A stretch of DNA of 64,000 nt, taken from the NCBI GenBank assembly GCA_030324005.1, contig JARDVH010000128.1, positions 31,373,221-31,437,220 on the forward strand, read 5' to 3'. Under the pieces are notes generated by a model. The model saw only the letters and a list, made by a program, of their open reading frames with translations, searched no databases and had not been told where the DNA came from. Made by a program: the position numbers and the translations under genes. Position 1 is the stretch's first letter; every line of letters starts with the position of its first letter. Origin of the DNA: Negaprion brevirostris (Eukaryota). Below, one piece after another: positions 63,000 to 64,000 of this stretch.

Positions 63000-64000
63000 C
63001 ACTCAATTTTAAATCTTTCGTATCGTTCAGGATGATGATAGAAAAGGGAAATAGGCAACTCAAGTAGAAATAATTATCTGGGGAGAGCTGACATCAATGG
63101 GGCAAAAACAGAGCTGGGCCAGATAGACTGAACAAAAAACTGGTGGGGAAACTGTCTGTACAATGGGCTACCTTCAAAACAGGAATAGTCTGGACAAAGT
63201 CATGGTACAGTCCCTTAAAAGGCAACGGTAGGGTAAACAAATCCAGTGCTCTCTGGGTGGAAAATGTGATAAAAATTAATACAAAGATGATAAAGCATGC
63301 TAATGACAGGTGTCAGGTGGAAATTACAGTTGAGTGTCAAGAGGAATACAGAAGGTTCAGGAGGGATGCGAAAATGCACATTAGAGGAGCTTAGAGGGAC
63401 TATGAGAAAAGACCGGCAGCCAACGTAAAAGGGAATCCAAAATTATTCTACAGGCATATAAACAGTGAAAGGATGATAAAAGGAGTAACGCCATTTAAGG
63501 ACTTGAGGCAATTTACACATAGAAGCAAGGGGCATTGCGGACGAATACCTTGCATCCGCCTTTACTAAGGAAGTGAGGCAATTCAGTACCTAGAAAGTGT
63601 TCAAAATTGATATGAAAGAAGTCTTGAATAGTCTGTCGGTATCAAAAACAAAGTATCAGGACTGGATAAGATGCATCCAAGGATATGGAATGAAGTGAGA
63701 ATGGAAATTGTAGGGGTGTTGGCCATAATATTCCAGTCTTCTCTAGATTCAAGGGAGATCCAAAGACTGGAGAATTGCACATGTTATGCCCTTGTTCAAT
63801 AAAGATTGTAAGGACAGCCCCTGCAATTAATGATTAGTCAGTTTATCAGTAGTGGACAAGCTTTTAGAAATAATTATTCAGGATAGAATTAGCAGTCACA
63901 TGGAAAAATGTGGGCTGTTTAGGAAGAGCCTTCATAGCAAGAGGGTTTGAGTATAGGAACAGGGTGAACTATAATAGGATATTGGTGAGGCTACACCTGG
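63000..64000 (+). mobile_element. CR1 ORF2 remnant (continues past the window)
   Basis: NVKGNPKLFYRHINS; SGLDKMHPRIW; WRIAHVMPLF; KDSPCN; YRILVRLHL. Confidence 0.85.

Noticed and set aside
31885-64000. Large ADCY9 N-terminal/C1a exon or a nested gene
   Set aside because: No long ORF or cyclase motif. All recognisable ORFs are TE-derived, so the exon must be beyond the window or in a gap.
1-64000. CRISPR array, operon or other prokaryotic system
   Set aside because: The sequence is vertebrate intronic DNA with spliceosomal exons; no regularly spaced repeat-spacer array was seen.

Overview
Eukaryotic, repeat-rich draft-assembly window with many N gaps. The repeat content (HE1-type and SacSINE1/Deu-type SINEs, abundant CR1 LINEs, Penelope-like elements) points to a cartilaginous fish, most likely a shark. 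The only gene I can support is adenylate cyclase 9 (ADCY9 or a close paralog) on the minus strand. Eight internal coding exons can be read with GT-AG boundaries and consistent phases: 31884-31697, 19059-18955, 15721-15522, 13287-13185, 7006-6801, 2842-2683, 2250-2102 and a 39-nt microexon at 246-208. They correspond to about human exons 3-10; the large upstream exon and the last exon lie outside the window. The rest is intron filled with CR1, L2, Rex1 and RTE LINE remnants, tRNA-type SINEs, two solo LTRs, a decayed pogo-type transposon and many hammerhead-motif Penelope-like fragments. The most unusual object is a ~300-bp poly(A)-tailed element at 51885-52182 (minus). It carries two tandem copies of the 5' end of U2 snRNA, the outer one ending at about the Keno/Utopia target site, and is a candidate shark U2-headed SINE (SINEU-like) or a non-autonomous U2-targeting retroposon. 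Protein and repeat-family assignments come from recalled sequences, not database searches, and repeat boundaries are approximate.
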